Positions 23,901 to 35,925 of a stretch of DNA of 64,000 nt are shown one piece after another. The stretch's first letter is position 1, and every line of letters begins with the position of its first letter. The position numbers and the translations under genes are program-made. The notes beneath the pieces were generated by a model. It was not told the DNA's origin and did not search any database. It was given only the letters and a program-made list of their open reading frames with translations. Source of the DNA: Chiloscyllium plagiosum (lineage: Eukaryota); contig NC_057750.1 of NCBI RefSeq assembly GCF_004010195.1, forward strand, positions 130,734 to 194,733. The letters run 5' to 3'.

Positions 23901-26325
23901 ATGATCACCCAGTGAGAATTCAATAAATTATTATATAGCTCCTATTGTCTACAGACAGACACTAGAGTCACAGTCATTAGTGTCTGTCTGGGCTCATACT
24001 AATGCAGTACATTCCCCTCAGCATGCCATGCTGCAAAAGGACAGAGATCTGTAAGGTGGGGTCTGAGAACTTTATACCATTAGGTCACATGCTGTGATAT
24101 GGTAATGCAAAGTGTGTTGCACATCTGCCATGAGGGATAACACAATCCTTTTTACTTCAAAGCCCCATGGACGAAAGAAGATCCCACTCCCTGCCAGTCT
24201 CACAGGTTTCTCATCCCCTTTACTACTGCCTCCATGAAAACATTTTCGCTCTCCACAGGTAACTGTCCCCCCCACTGACATAGATATTCATCCCCTTCCC
24301 CACTCACACAGACATACCGTCAGATGACAGCCCCACTCTCTCAGGTCTAGGTTCCTGGCAAAGATGCAGGGGATGCTTGTGAGGGGTTGGTTTTTAGAGG
24401 CTTTAGCAGTCAGGAAAAGCATAGGGAACCATAAAATTAACCACAACCAAGCAGTACAATGTATCATGGGAAAGCCAGCACAAAGCATATCTCGGTTCTG
24501 AGGAAAGGTCACTGAACCCAAAAACATTAACTCTAATTTCTCTCCACAGATACTGCCAGACCTACTGACCTTTCCCAGCAATTACTGTTTTTATTTCTGA
24601 TTTCCAGCATCCACAGTTCTTGCAGTTTTCACAAGGTGCACCTCCAGGATTATTTTACCTCTGGAAGACAAGAGAAATTCGATCTTTTTATTTTGATCAA
24701 TGAACAATCTAAACATCTCAATCGATCAGTCTCCAGCCTGTAACCCATTCTCAGGCACATGATTCTATATATGGACTCCTGTATAAATGGCTGTCCTTGA
24801 ACCAGCCTCCTGTTTATTCTCTTCTCGATATCATTCTGAGCTGTTTCTGTTCTAAAACGTGAGCTGTTTGATTTGAATTTGTTCTCATCTGTATCTGGCT
24901 CAGTTAAAGGCTCCCTGTTCAGTTTGCTTTTACTTCTCTGGCTCCTGACAAGTATGAAATGCTTTCCTTCTTGGTCGATATGAGATGTCACAGCGATGAA
25001 AATTATATCTTTAGAATCGAAATTGAGTCCCTCTAGATGTTGAGTGATAGTATTTGACATCAAATAAGATGTGAATTTGATTGCAATCTTACACTGAGGT
25101 CGAACACTTTGAAGAGCTTTTCCCTATTGATGAGTATAAAAAGTTGTTAAACAAGATACAGACTTATCCTCTGATGGAGAGGGACTTGTGTTTATTTAAT
25201 GCTTTATCACTCCTCTCAGAAAGTCTCTAAAACCTTTGTGTGGATCACAGTAAACTTCCTTGTTAAATGGGGGAAAGGAGATGATTCACAGCCATTTATC
25301 TGCTGTTGGCTAATCCCATTCATTCTGTCTTCAAGAGCAGCACAGTTCATGGCTACAACAATACAACCTGTGACCTACCCCTAAATTATTCCCACGATTC
25401 CCCACAAGAAGCAGGGATGATGTTGGTTGAAGTAACTCCTGTTTATCTTTAAGCAAAGTCTATTCTCAAAGTGGAGTCTTTCTTAGCTCCTTGGATTTTT
25501 TCACATCTCATTCAGAGAACCATTCTAACAGGGCTGAACCCATTAGCTCTTGCCCATAGGGTGGAGAGTAATTAACACTCTTAGATTTACACTCCTCCAA
25601 GTAGATTCTTCCAATTAGATGTTGTGGTGACAATCAGATCAGTCACAAATGTAATGAATAGCAGAGCTGCTCATGGGGCCGAATGGCTTACTGCTCCTAA
25701 TGTGCATTTTTATATGTGACTGCGTTTATGTACAAGTTATTCTTTTGTTGTAGCGCTGCAATTCCCTTGTCTTCATCAATAAATAGAGCACACTCTGTAA
25801 TGTGTTATTGGGACTAAGAACATCAATTTCCATTCATTTCTGATTGGACTCTGTGCATTGATTTTGTCAACATGTAACATCACAAGTGATGCTCCATCTC
25901 CATTTGCCAACTTCTCAATCTGTTGCTATGGAGAGATGCCAAGCAGAGTTCTTGCCTTAAAATCAAATGAAAATTGGCCCTCGGCTTGATGTTGCTCATC
26001 TACCTACTTTCTAAAGAGATGCCAAGCTCTTCTTGTGGCTTGGCAATTACACCAAAGGCTGACTAGAGGAAGCAGATGGTGATGATGGTTGAAATGTTGC
26101 TATATAGGTGTCCATTTGGCACAGCTGGCCATATTACTGGTATTGAAAAGCACCATTTGCAGCCTGCTGTTGGAATCTCACACTTTTTGTGAGGCAAGCA
26201 GGAGAAGCAGTCATCTAGTTTATGGATTCAGTTTTCTTTAAAAAGAAAGCTTTAGCCTAGAAACACTTAGCGTTGCATTTGAGCCAAAATAACTCAACTC
26301 AATCTCTATTGTACACTAACAAGAT

Positions 26326-26386
26326 CCCTAATCCTAAATCTCAACCCTAACCCTAATTCTAACTCCAACCCTAACCCTAACCATAA
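26326..26386. repeat. Degenerate (CCCTAA)n telomere-like tract
   Basis: ccctaatcctaaatctcaaccctaaccctaattctaactccaaccctaaccctaaccataa. Confidence 0.8.
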
Positions 26387-28109
26387 ATCAGCCCCTTCTA
26401 GCAAAACTGTTACAGCATTGTGTATCATTCAGAAACATGAAGACATTATTGCAGTGAAATCTCTGCCTTAGAATTCTATTGCAGCGAACACGACTGACCT
26501 GGGACTCTTACCCTCGTACACAGAACCTTGTAACATTAACCATTACTTGTTAAAGCAGAGTTGCTGTTAGTTTGATTTTGATCCAGTACAGCGTCTGGTT
26601 TTATACCATGGTACCTCTGAACATAGTCTGCAAAAAATTGTCTAATTTTGTCACGGCACTTCCCTCTATTATTAAGTTGTAAACTCCATGACCTGTATTT
26701 TTAATTTTAGAAGTACAACTGTCCCACACAAATTCCAAACCACCACTTCCAGCAGAATAACCAATATTGAGAAGTTTTATTTGTGTCTGTCGGTGTGAGT
26801 GGAAATTGTAATGGGAAATAAATCACTGTCTATTTCAGACGCCCACATGAAACATTCCAGATTAACCTGTTTCAGACCAGATATGTCTTTACACTGCCCC
26901 AACATCCTCTTCTGAACCTCCAACTACTGAACAGACACCTCTACAGCCCACGCCTGACATTTGCTGACACCCAATCACATCTGAACATCAGAGTTAAGTC
27001 AGTAGTTACTAATTTGAGATGGTCAAATTCATTGCTTGTAAAATCTGGACAAGTAACAGTGAGTGAAACCATCAGTGCAGCTACTTTGGAGCTCAGAGGT
27101 CAGGGGTCAGAGCCTAGAGACAACCAGCAACCCGTTAAAGTATAGGACGTTTTGAAGCTGTTCTAACATCATTTCATTGTTTAATCTCAATGTCCCATCT
27201 CTACTTGTTCTGTTTGACAGTATTGCTGCTTGTCCAGTTAATGAGCTGAATCCTGGGCTGAGTCTATTTTTAAAAATAGCAATTTAGTTTCTTCACATAT
27301 ACCACCGTTTGCCTTTTCACAGGCAGCTTCTGTCTTACAGGAGCCTAATGCAAATGGTTTGAGGCTTTTATAATTTGCAGCAGAAAAAAAATCACAATTA
27401 GGTGTCAAAGTAATTGACAATTCATTAATTGTCAAACTTAAAACAAAGGCAATTGGATAAGTTCAAAGATTAAATGGAGGTAAAAGGAAACTAACTATAG
27501 TTTGATCAATCTTCATGCTGCAGCAGTTTTGGTATAATTTGTAACTCTATGTATTACATACACTGTTATCTTTAACATTTATAGTCTACAGTTAAGCTGT
27601 AGGGATTTCAATTCCACATAGTTATTCAGAAGTGTCATGTACGGAATCACTTGAATACTTTATCTGGAAATATTAGTTGTCAGTGCGGAGGAGTCAGTTT
27701 TACATCAACATTACTGATTGCACTGAGCTAGAATAAACTGAGTGGCTAAGTTTCCTGTTCACTGTACCCTCAGATATTTGAACTTCATTATCTTGGTTTG
27801 CTAAATTGATGAATATGTGAGGGTTTCTGATGAAAGTTGACCAGAAATATTGAGCTGAAATCTCTCAGCCCTTGACCAATGTGGCCAATGGAGAGCAGTC
27901 AGGAAAATGTAGTGAGATCAGAAATATGAGATTCTCCATGTTGAGAGAAAAAAAAGTTCAATTTTCCACCTAGGACTTGAAGGTTGAGATGATAACCTTT
28001 TGAGTGAATGATGAGGGGCAGATGGTGGTGGAGGCAGAAACGATAGAGGCTTTTAAGGGACTTTTAGGTAAGCTCATGAATGTGCAAAGAATGGAGGGCT
28101 GTGGACCAA

Positions 28110-28880
28110 ATTAGACAGGCAGGAGGCTGGAAGAAAACAGCAAGCCAGGCAGCATCAGGATGTGGAGAAGTCAACGTTTCGGGTGTAACCCTTCTTCAGG
28201 ACTGGGAGTGGGTGTAAGGAGAGGTGCAGATAAGGGGATGGGGGTGGGTGGAGGGAGGCTTGGGTGGGGAGAGGGGCGGAATGGTGAGGTGCTGATAGGT
28301 GAGCACAGGTAGAGGGTATGACACAGTTGGTCAGTTGGAGGAATGAATCCGGTTGGTAGCTGGAATAAAGGGTCGATCAGAGGAATGAAAGGGAGGGGTT
28401 GGAGGGACTGGAAAAGGTGTATGGGGATGAGTGGGAAGAATAATTGAAGTTGGAGAACTTAATGTTGATTCCTCCAGGCTGTCAGCTGCTCAGAAGGAAG
28501 CTGTGGTGTTGTTCCTCCAATATGCGGTCTGATTCGCTGCGACAATGGAGGAGGCTGAGGATGGTCATGTTGGAAAGGGAGTGGGAAGGGGAGTTAAAAT
28601 GAGGGGTGACTGGGAGGTACGGTTGGCCCCTGCAGGTCTGGCTGAGATGCTCGGTGAACCATTCCCTAAGTTTACGCTCGGTCTCCCCGGTGTAGAGAAG
28701 ACCACATCGGGAGCACCAGGTACAGTAAACTAAATTGGAAGAGAAAGGACTTGGCGTCCTGGATGGAGGTGAGGGGGGTGGTGTGCTAGCAGGTTTTGCA
28801 TCATTTATGGTTGCAGGGGAACATACCCTGGGGCTTGAGTGGACAGGGAAGGTGGTTGGTGGGGAGAGTGGAGTGAACTG
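28110..28880 (-). mobile_element. Penelope-like element 3' portion with GIY-YIG endonuclease relic, inserted in a CR1 3' tail
   Basis: SSNLVYCTWCSRCGLLYTGETERKLREWFTEH..HFNSPSHS..LEEQH (VY-C-x2-C..YxGET, Neptune-like). CR1 tail sequence flanks it on both sides (27990-28108 and 28885-28950). Confidence 0.9.
28169..28203 (-). ncRNA. Minimal type I hammerhead ribozyme motif (intact)
   Basis: AGUC CUGAAGA A GGGU UAC ACCC GAAAC GUU GACU: 4-bp stem I, 4-bp stem II, full core, palindromic AACGUU stem III and an NUH triplet. Confidence 0.8.
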
Positions 28881-31220
28881 TCGAAGGGAACAGACTAAGG
28901 GCAGGCAGAAGGGATTTGTTAAATTTGGCATCATGTTTGGCACAACATCATGTATTTGCATCTCATTATGAGATTCAGTTATAACCATTTCACCATTCTC
29001 CCTCATACTGGAGAGAAACTAGACAGATACAATTCCAGACATAAAGGTTGGATCACTGCTTGCTCCTTCAGGTCTTCGTCTTGAACAAGTGCTCCCACAA
29101 TCTCAGGATACAGTCCATGGCCAGCGACACCATTCATCAGCCAAAACCCTCCACCTCCCCCCAAACAACAAACCTCAGTGCAACTGCCCCCCACCCCTCC
29201 GCCTCCAAATCCACAGGAGGTTGGGATCAGATATGTGCCAGCCTCATCACATCATCATGGCACATTCCTGACTCACAGTGAACACAGTTCTCCACTTCAC
29301 TGATGTGGAGGGCACCACCTCCTCCCATTGTGATACTGCTGCTAGGCTGCTCTGTGTACGGTCAGGCAGAGAGCTCATGGACTGGACCCAATGAGCAGCT
29401 CAGGGCTGGTTCACTCGCTTTCTTAGCACTCACTCACTTAGCACTACTCAGATGCTTACAGCAGCCCAGCTGCTTGTCATGTTTGGGAATGATGAGCTAT
29501 CAGTGGATGCTGTGTCAGTCAGGCTGGTCTGTCCTCAGGAAAAATAGCGAGATATCCCGAGTGAGAGAGCAGGAAGTTTAAAGGACAGGAATGGTTAGTA
29601 TTTTTTGCGGGGGGATGACGATGATGTAATGCTGCTTGTAATAGTGAGACCATGAGATTGGCAGTGTGAGTCTGAGTATGAGTATGAGGTGACAGAGAGA
29701 AAGTGGAGAGATACAGCTTCAGTCCTGTTCGTGAAAGGCCTAATATTAAACAGAAACCACTGCACTTCTTTGAAACTGGATCTTTGTGCTATCTGGGAGG
29801 ATAGTGTTTTGTGCAAAAAGTTGGCAGCTTTGTCAGCACTGCACCCCGTCAGTTCCTCACAGGAGCCTCAATCTGGATTTTTGTTCCTCTGTGAGAGGTG
29901 AGAGCATGATCACATGCAGATCCTAGTTGTGATAATGATTTGACTCGCTCACTAGTCTGTCTCCATTAGGTCATGACAATTTCTCCAGCCTCTTCCACAT
30001 TAATGTCAACTATGTTGGCAGTGTGCAAGAGAGTAAAGGAAATCAAATAGAAAGGATTTTGTCAAACCTTACTGTCTCAGCTAGCTATTGAGACTGAAAG
30101 CAGCAGCTGATATCAAAGAGACTGAGTGATTGCTTCCTGGAGAAATGGTTAACCCCAATTTTTCACAAACTTTTAATCTTTGCACTAACATGCACCCAAT
30201 GATGAATTCAGTATCATGGTGCACCAGAGCAAAAGGGGTAAATTCAAAATTAGGTTTCTAGATGAATGTGTGTTGCAGAGGGATCATTCTCCCCTTTTCA
30301 AATAAAGAATTTACAAACTCATAAACTTTGCATCCATGAACATTTGGAGCATTTCCACACATTCTGGTGTTAGGCATTCAGGGATTATTGTTTTGTTTAC
30401 TTTCTGCTTCTCCTGACAGTGGAGGAGCGAAGGTTGGAGTAATATTGTCATTCTTTCAGTGAATCCGCACAGTTGATGCCTTTGCTGTTCACGTTCATGT
30501 AACTCTGGACATCAGAGTGCACCTAGGAAAAAATAACCAATAACAAAATTCACAGCTGACCTTGGAGGAACTAGTGTGGGAGAGCTCACAGCACAGGAAC
30601 AGATAGTGCATAGTTTTTAACGTGTAACCTTTGTTGTAAGTCTACAGTAATGAGTAGAGTAAGTTCTTTCTTGATGATATGTTTTACTGAGATCTGTCTC
30701 TTGATTAAATTTTAAAATTGTAAACCATAAGTGCTAAGTTAGCCTGGAGCACTGTTTTTTTCCAAGCAATAAGACGGTGCTATTTTCTGGGTCTGTAGAT
30801 TGTGAGGGAGCAAAGATGGCTTTTAGTAGAGTGATGTGTTCTTCCTGTCAGATGTGGAAGTTTATGGAGAATTTCCATGTTACTCATAATTATGTCTGCA
30901 GGAAGTGTCTTTGGTTGTGAATCCTATCATATGGCCTGAATTGGTTGGAGTAGCAGTTAGAGGCAATGATGTTACAGGTGCTGGGGGTGTGATGGATGGC
31001 AGTAATAGGAAGGGAGAAAAGCCGCAGATGCAGTCAGGTAGATGGGTTAACTCCAGGAAAGGTAAGAGGGGTAGGCAGGTAGTTCAGGAGTCTTCTGTAG
31101 CTATTCCCATTTCAAATAAATATACTGATTTGGAAAATGTGGAGGTGATGGACTCTCAGGGGAATGTAGCCCAAACAGTCAAGTTTTATGGTGTCAAGAT
31201 TGGCTCTAATGTAATGAAGG

Positions 31221-31429
31221 AGGAGAAAGTGAGGTCTGCAGATGCTGGAGATCAGAGCTGGAAATGTGTTGCTGGAAAAGCGCAGCAGGTCAGGCAGCAT
31301 CCAGGGAACAGGAGAATCGACGTTTCGGGCATAAGCCTGAAGAAGGGCTTATGCTCGAAACGTCGATTCTCCTGTTCCCTGGATGCTGCCTGACCTGCTG
31401 CGCTTTTCCAGCAACACATTTCCAGCTCT
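31221..31429. mobile_element. Young hairpin (inverted-repeat) Penelope-terminus element with 18-bp TSD
   Basis: Near-perfect ~80-bp arms (31254-31336 / 31347-31429) around ctgaagaag. TSD gctctaatgtaatgaagg at 31203-31220 and 31425-31442. Hammerhead core at 31337-31364. Confidence 0.9.
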
Positions 31430-33834
31430 AATGTAATGAAGGTTATGTCGGGTTCCAAGTGATCGATTGTGATAGGGGACTCTCTAGTCTGAGGCACAGA
31501 CAGATGTTTCTGTGGTCAGCAGCAAATAATTGAAATGGTGTGTTGTTTCCCTGGTGCCAGGATCAAGGGTGTCTCAGAGAGGGTGCGGAATGTTCTCAAA
31601 TGGGAGAGGGACCAGCAGGAGGTCATTGTACACATTGGAACTAATGACATAGGAAGGGAATAGGATAAGATTCTGAAGGGGGAATATAGAGAGTTAGGCA
31701 GGAATTTAAAAAGAACGTCCTTGAGGGTAGTAATATTTGGATTACACCTGGTGCTATGAGTTAGTAAGGTTGTGAATTGGAGGATGAAGCAGACAAGTGT
31801 GTGGTTGAGAAGCTGGTGCAGGGGAGAAGGGTTCACCTTTCTGGATTATTGAAATCTCTTCTAGGGGAGAAGTGAGCTGTACAAGAAGGATGGATTGCAC
31901 CTGTATTGGAAGGGGTCTAATATACTGGCAGGGAAATTTGCTAGAGCTGCTTGGGAGGATTTAAACTAGTAAGGTGGAGGGTGGGACCCAGGGAAATAGT
32001 GAAGAAAGAGATCAATCTGAGACTGGTACAGTTGGGAAAAGGAGTGAGTCAAACAGTCAGGACAGGCAGGGGCAAAGCAGAGAACAAGGTAGGACTGATA
32101 AATTAAACTGCATTTACTTCAATGCAACAGGCCTAACAGAGAAGGCAGATGAACTCAGGGTATGGTTAGGTACATGGGACTGGGATATCATAGCAATTAC
32201 AGAAATTTGGCTCAGGGAATGCGAGGATTAGCAGCTTAATGTACCAGGATATAAACGCTACAGGAAGGATAGAAAGGGAGGCAAGAGAGGAGGGGAGACA
32301 ATATACCTGTATTGAAGGAAGACATTCCTGGGAATACATCCAGGGAAGTTATTTGGATGAAACTGAGAAATAAGAAAGGGATGATCACCTTATTGGGATT
32401 GTATTATAGAGCCCCCAGTAGTTAGCGAGAAATTGAGAAACATATTTGGAAGAAGATCACAGCTATCTGTAAGAATAATAGGGTGGTTATGGTAGGGGAT
32501 TTTAACTTTCCAAACATAGACTAGGACTGCCATAGTATTAAGGGCTTAGATGGAGAGGAATTTGTTAAGTGTGTACAAGAAAATTTTCTGATGTATGTGG
32601 ATGTACCTACTGGAGAAGGTGCAAAACTTGACCGACTCTTGCAAAATAAGGCAGGGCAGGAGACTGAGGTGTAAGTAGGAGAACACTTTGGGGCCAGCAA
32701 CAATAATTCTAATATTTTAAAATAGTGAATTTTAAATAGTGGATCTAAAAGTTGAAGTTCTAAATTGGAGGAAGGCTAATTTTTGATGGCATTAGGCAAA
32801 AACTTTCAAAAGCTGATTGGGGGTAGATGTTCACAGGTAAAGGGACGGCTGGAAAATGGGAAGCCTTCAAAAATGAGATAACGAGAATTCAGAGACATAA
32901 ATTCTTGCTAGGGTGAAAGGAAAGGCTGGTGGGTGTAGAGAATACGGGATGGTTTAAATTAATTCAGCAGTTAAACTAATTCCTAAATTGTTGATCCAGT
33001 GTCCAGGATGTTGAGAGGTCAGAAATGAGGTTTCAAAGTCTCAAGAGTTCACCAGCAAGCAGGAAGGTGGTTTGAAGTGTATCCACTTCAGTACCAGGAG
33101 CATCTGGAATAAGTTAAATGATCTTGCAGCATGGATTGGTACCTGGGACTTCGATGTTGTGGCCATTTCGGAGACATGGATAAAGTAGGGTCAGGAATGG
33201 ATCTTGCAGGTTCTAGGATTTAAATGTTTCAGTAAGAACAGAGAAGATAGTAAAAGAGGGGGAGGTGGCAGCATTGTTAGTCAAGGACAGTATTACGATG
33301 ACAGAAAGGATGTTTGAGGACTCATCTACTAAGGTAGTCTGGGCTGAGATTAGAAACAGGAAAGGAGAGGTCACCCTTTGGGAGTTTTCTATAAGCCTCT
33401 GAATAGTTCCAGAGATGTAGAGGAAAGGATAGCAAAAAATTGATTCCAGACAGGAGCGAGAGAAACAGGGTAGTTGTTATGTGGGACTTCAACTTCCCAA
33501 ATATTGACTGGGAATATTATAGTTTGAGTACTTTAGATGGTTCAGGTTTTGTCCAATGTGTGCAAGAGGGTTTTCTGACACAGTATGCAAACAAGCCAAC
33601 AAGGGGCAATGCCATATTAGATGTGGTACTGGGTAACCTGGCCAGGTGTTAGATTTGGAGGTAGGTGAGCACTTTAGTGATAGTGGTTTATATTTACTTT
33701 AGTGATGGAAAGGGATAAGTATATACTGCAGGGCAAGAGCTATTGCTGGGGAAAGCAATTATGATGTGATTAGGCAAGATTTAGGATGCATATGATGGGA
33801 AGGAAACTGCAGGGGATGGGCACAATTGAAATGT

Positions 33835-34043
33835 GGGCTGAAAATGTGTTGCTGGAAAAGCGCAGCAGGTCAGGCAGCATCCAAGGAACAGGAGAATCGA
33901 CNNNNNNNNNNNNNNNNNNNNNNNNNNNNNNNNCCGAAACGTCGATTCTCCTGTTCCTTGAATGCTGCCTGACCTGCTGCGCTTTTCCAGCAACACATTT
34001 TCATCTCTGATCTCCAGCATCTGCAGTCCTCACTTTCTCCTCG
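33835..34043. mobile_element. Hairpin Penelope-terminus element with 13-bp TSD; centre is an N gap (33902-33933)
   Basis: Inverted arms of the same family as 31221-31429. TSD acaattgaaatgt at 33822-33834 and 34044-34056. Confidence 0.88.
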
Positions 34044-35601
34044 ACAATTGAAATGTAGAGCTTATTCAAGGAATCAGCTACTGTGTGTCCCTGATAAGTA
34101 TGTACCTGTCAGGCAGGGAGGATGTGATCGAGTCAGGGAGCCATGGTTTGCTACGGAGGATGAATCGCTGGTCAAGAGGAAGAAGGTGGTTTATGTTAGG
34201 ATGAGACGTGAAGGCTCAGTTAGGGCGCTTGAGTTATATGTTAGCCAGAAAAGACCTAAAGAGAGATCTAAGAAGAGCCAAGAGGGGACATGAAAAGTCA
34301 TTGACAGATAGGATCAAGGAAAACCCTAAAGCTTTCTATAGGTATATCAGGAATAAAAGAATGACCACGGAAAGATTAGGGCCATCAAGGACAGTAGTGG
34401 GAAGGTGTGCGTGGAGTCCGAGGAGATAGGAGAAATGCTAAATGAATACTTTTCATCAGTATTCACACTGGAAAAAAACAATGTGGTTGAGGAGAATACT
34501 GATATACAGGCTTGTACAGATTGATAGGATTAAGGTTCACAAGAAGGTTTTAGCAATTCTGGAAAGTGTGAAAACAGATAGATCCTCAGGGCTGGAAGGG
34601 ATTTATCCTGGGATTCTTTGGGAAGCCAGGGAGGATGTTGCCGAGCCTTTGATTTTGATCTTTACGTCATCATCGTCTACAGGAATAGTGCCAGAAGACT
34701 GGGGCGTAGCAAGTGTTGTGCCCTTGTTCAAGAAGGGAAGTAGAGACAACCCTGGTAATTACAGACCAGTGAGCCTTACTTCAGTTGTGGGTAAAGTGAT
34801 GGAAAAAGTTATAAGAATTAGGATGTATAATCATCGAGAGAGGAATAAGTTGATTAGGGATCGTCAACTCGGTTTTGTGAAGGGTAGGTCGTGCCTCACA
34901 AACCTTATTGACTTCTTTGAGATGCTGACCAAACAGGTGGATGACGGTATAACTGTTGATGTGGTGTTTATAGATTTCAGTAAAGCATTTGATAAGGTTC
35001 CCCACGGTAGGTTATTGCACAAAATACAGAGGCATGGGATTAAGGGTGATGTAGTGGTTTGGATCAGAAATTGGCTAGCTGAAAGAAGACAGAGGGTGGT
35101 GGTTGATGAAAAATATTCATCCTGGAGTTCAATTACTCGTGGTTTACTGCAAGAATCTATTTTCGGTCCACTGCTGTTTGTAAATTTTATAATTGACCTG
35201 GATGATGGCATAGAAGGATGGGTTAGTAAATTTGTGAATGACACTAAGGTGGGTGGAGTTGTGGATAGTGCTGAAGATGTTGCAGGTTACAGAGGGACAT
35301 AGATAAGCTGCAGAGCTGGGCTGAGAGGTGTCAAATGAAGTTTAATGCGGAAAAGTGTAGGGTGATTTACTTTGAATGGAGCAACATGAATACAGAATAC
35401 TGGGCTAATGGGAAGATTCTTGGGAATGTAGATGAGCAGAGAGATCTTGGTGTCCATGTACATAGACCCCTGAAAATTTCCACCCAGGTTGATAGGGTTG
35501 TTAAGAAGGCATGCAGTCTGCTTGCTTTTATTGGAAGAGGGATTGAATTTCAGAACCATCAGGTCATGCTGCAGCTGTGCAAAACTCTGGTGCGGCCGCA
35601 C

Positions 35602-35925
35602 TTGGAGTATTGTGTACAGTTCTGGTCACCGCATTATAGGAAGGATGTGGAAGTGTTAGAAACGGTTCAGAGGGGATTTACTCGGGTGTTGCTTGGTATA
35701 GAGGGAAGGTCTTATGAGGAAAGGCTGAGGGACTTGAGGCTGCTTTTGTTAGAGAGAAGAAAGCTGGAGTATTGTGTACAGTTCTGGTCATCGCATTATA
35801 GGAAGGATGTGGAAGCGTTAGAAAGGGTTCAGAGGGGATTTACTAGGGTGTTGCTTGGTATAGAGGGAAGGTCTTATGAGGAAAGGCTGAGGGACTTGAG
35901 GCTGCTTTTGTTAGAGAGAAGAAAG
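35602..35925 (+). repeat. 162-bp in-frame tandem duplication inside CR1 ORF2
   Basis: LEYCVQFWS..LLLLERRK occurs twice, with starts at 35602 and 35764. Confidence 0.95.

Noticed and set aside
27826..27850. Additional hammerhead (CTGATGA..GAAAT)
   Set aside because: No paired stem II or stem I. At most a heavily decayed copy.
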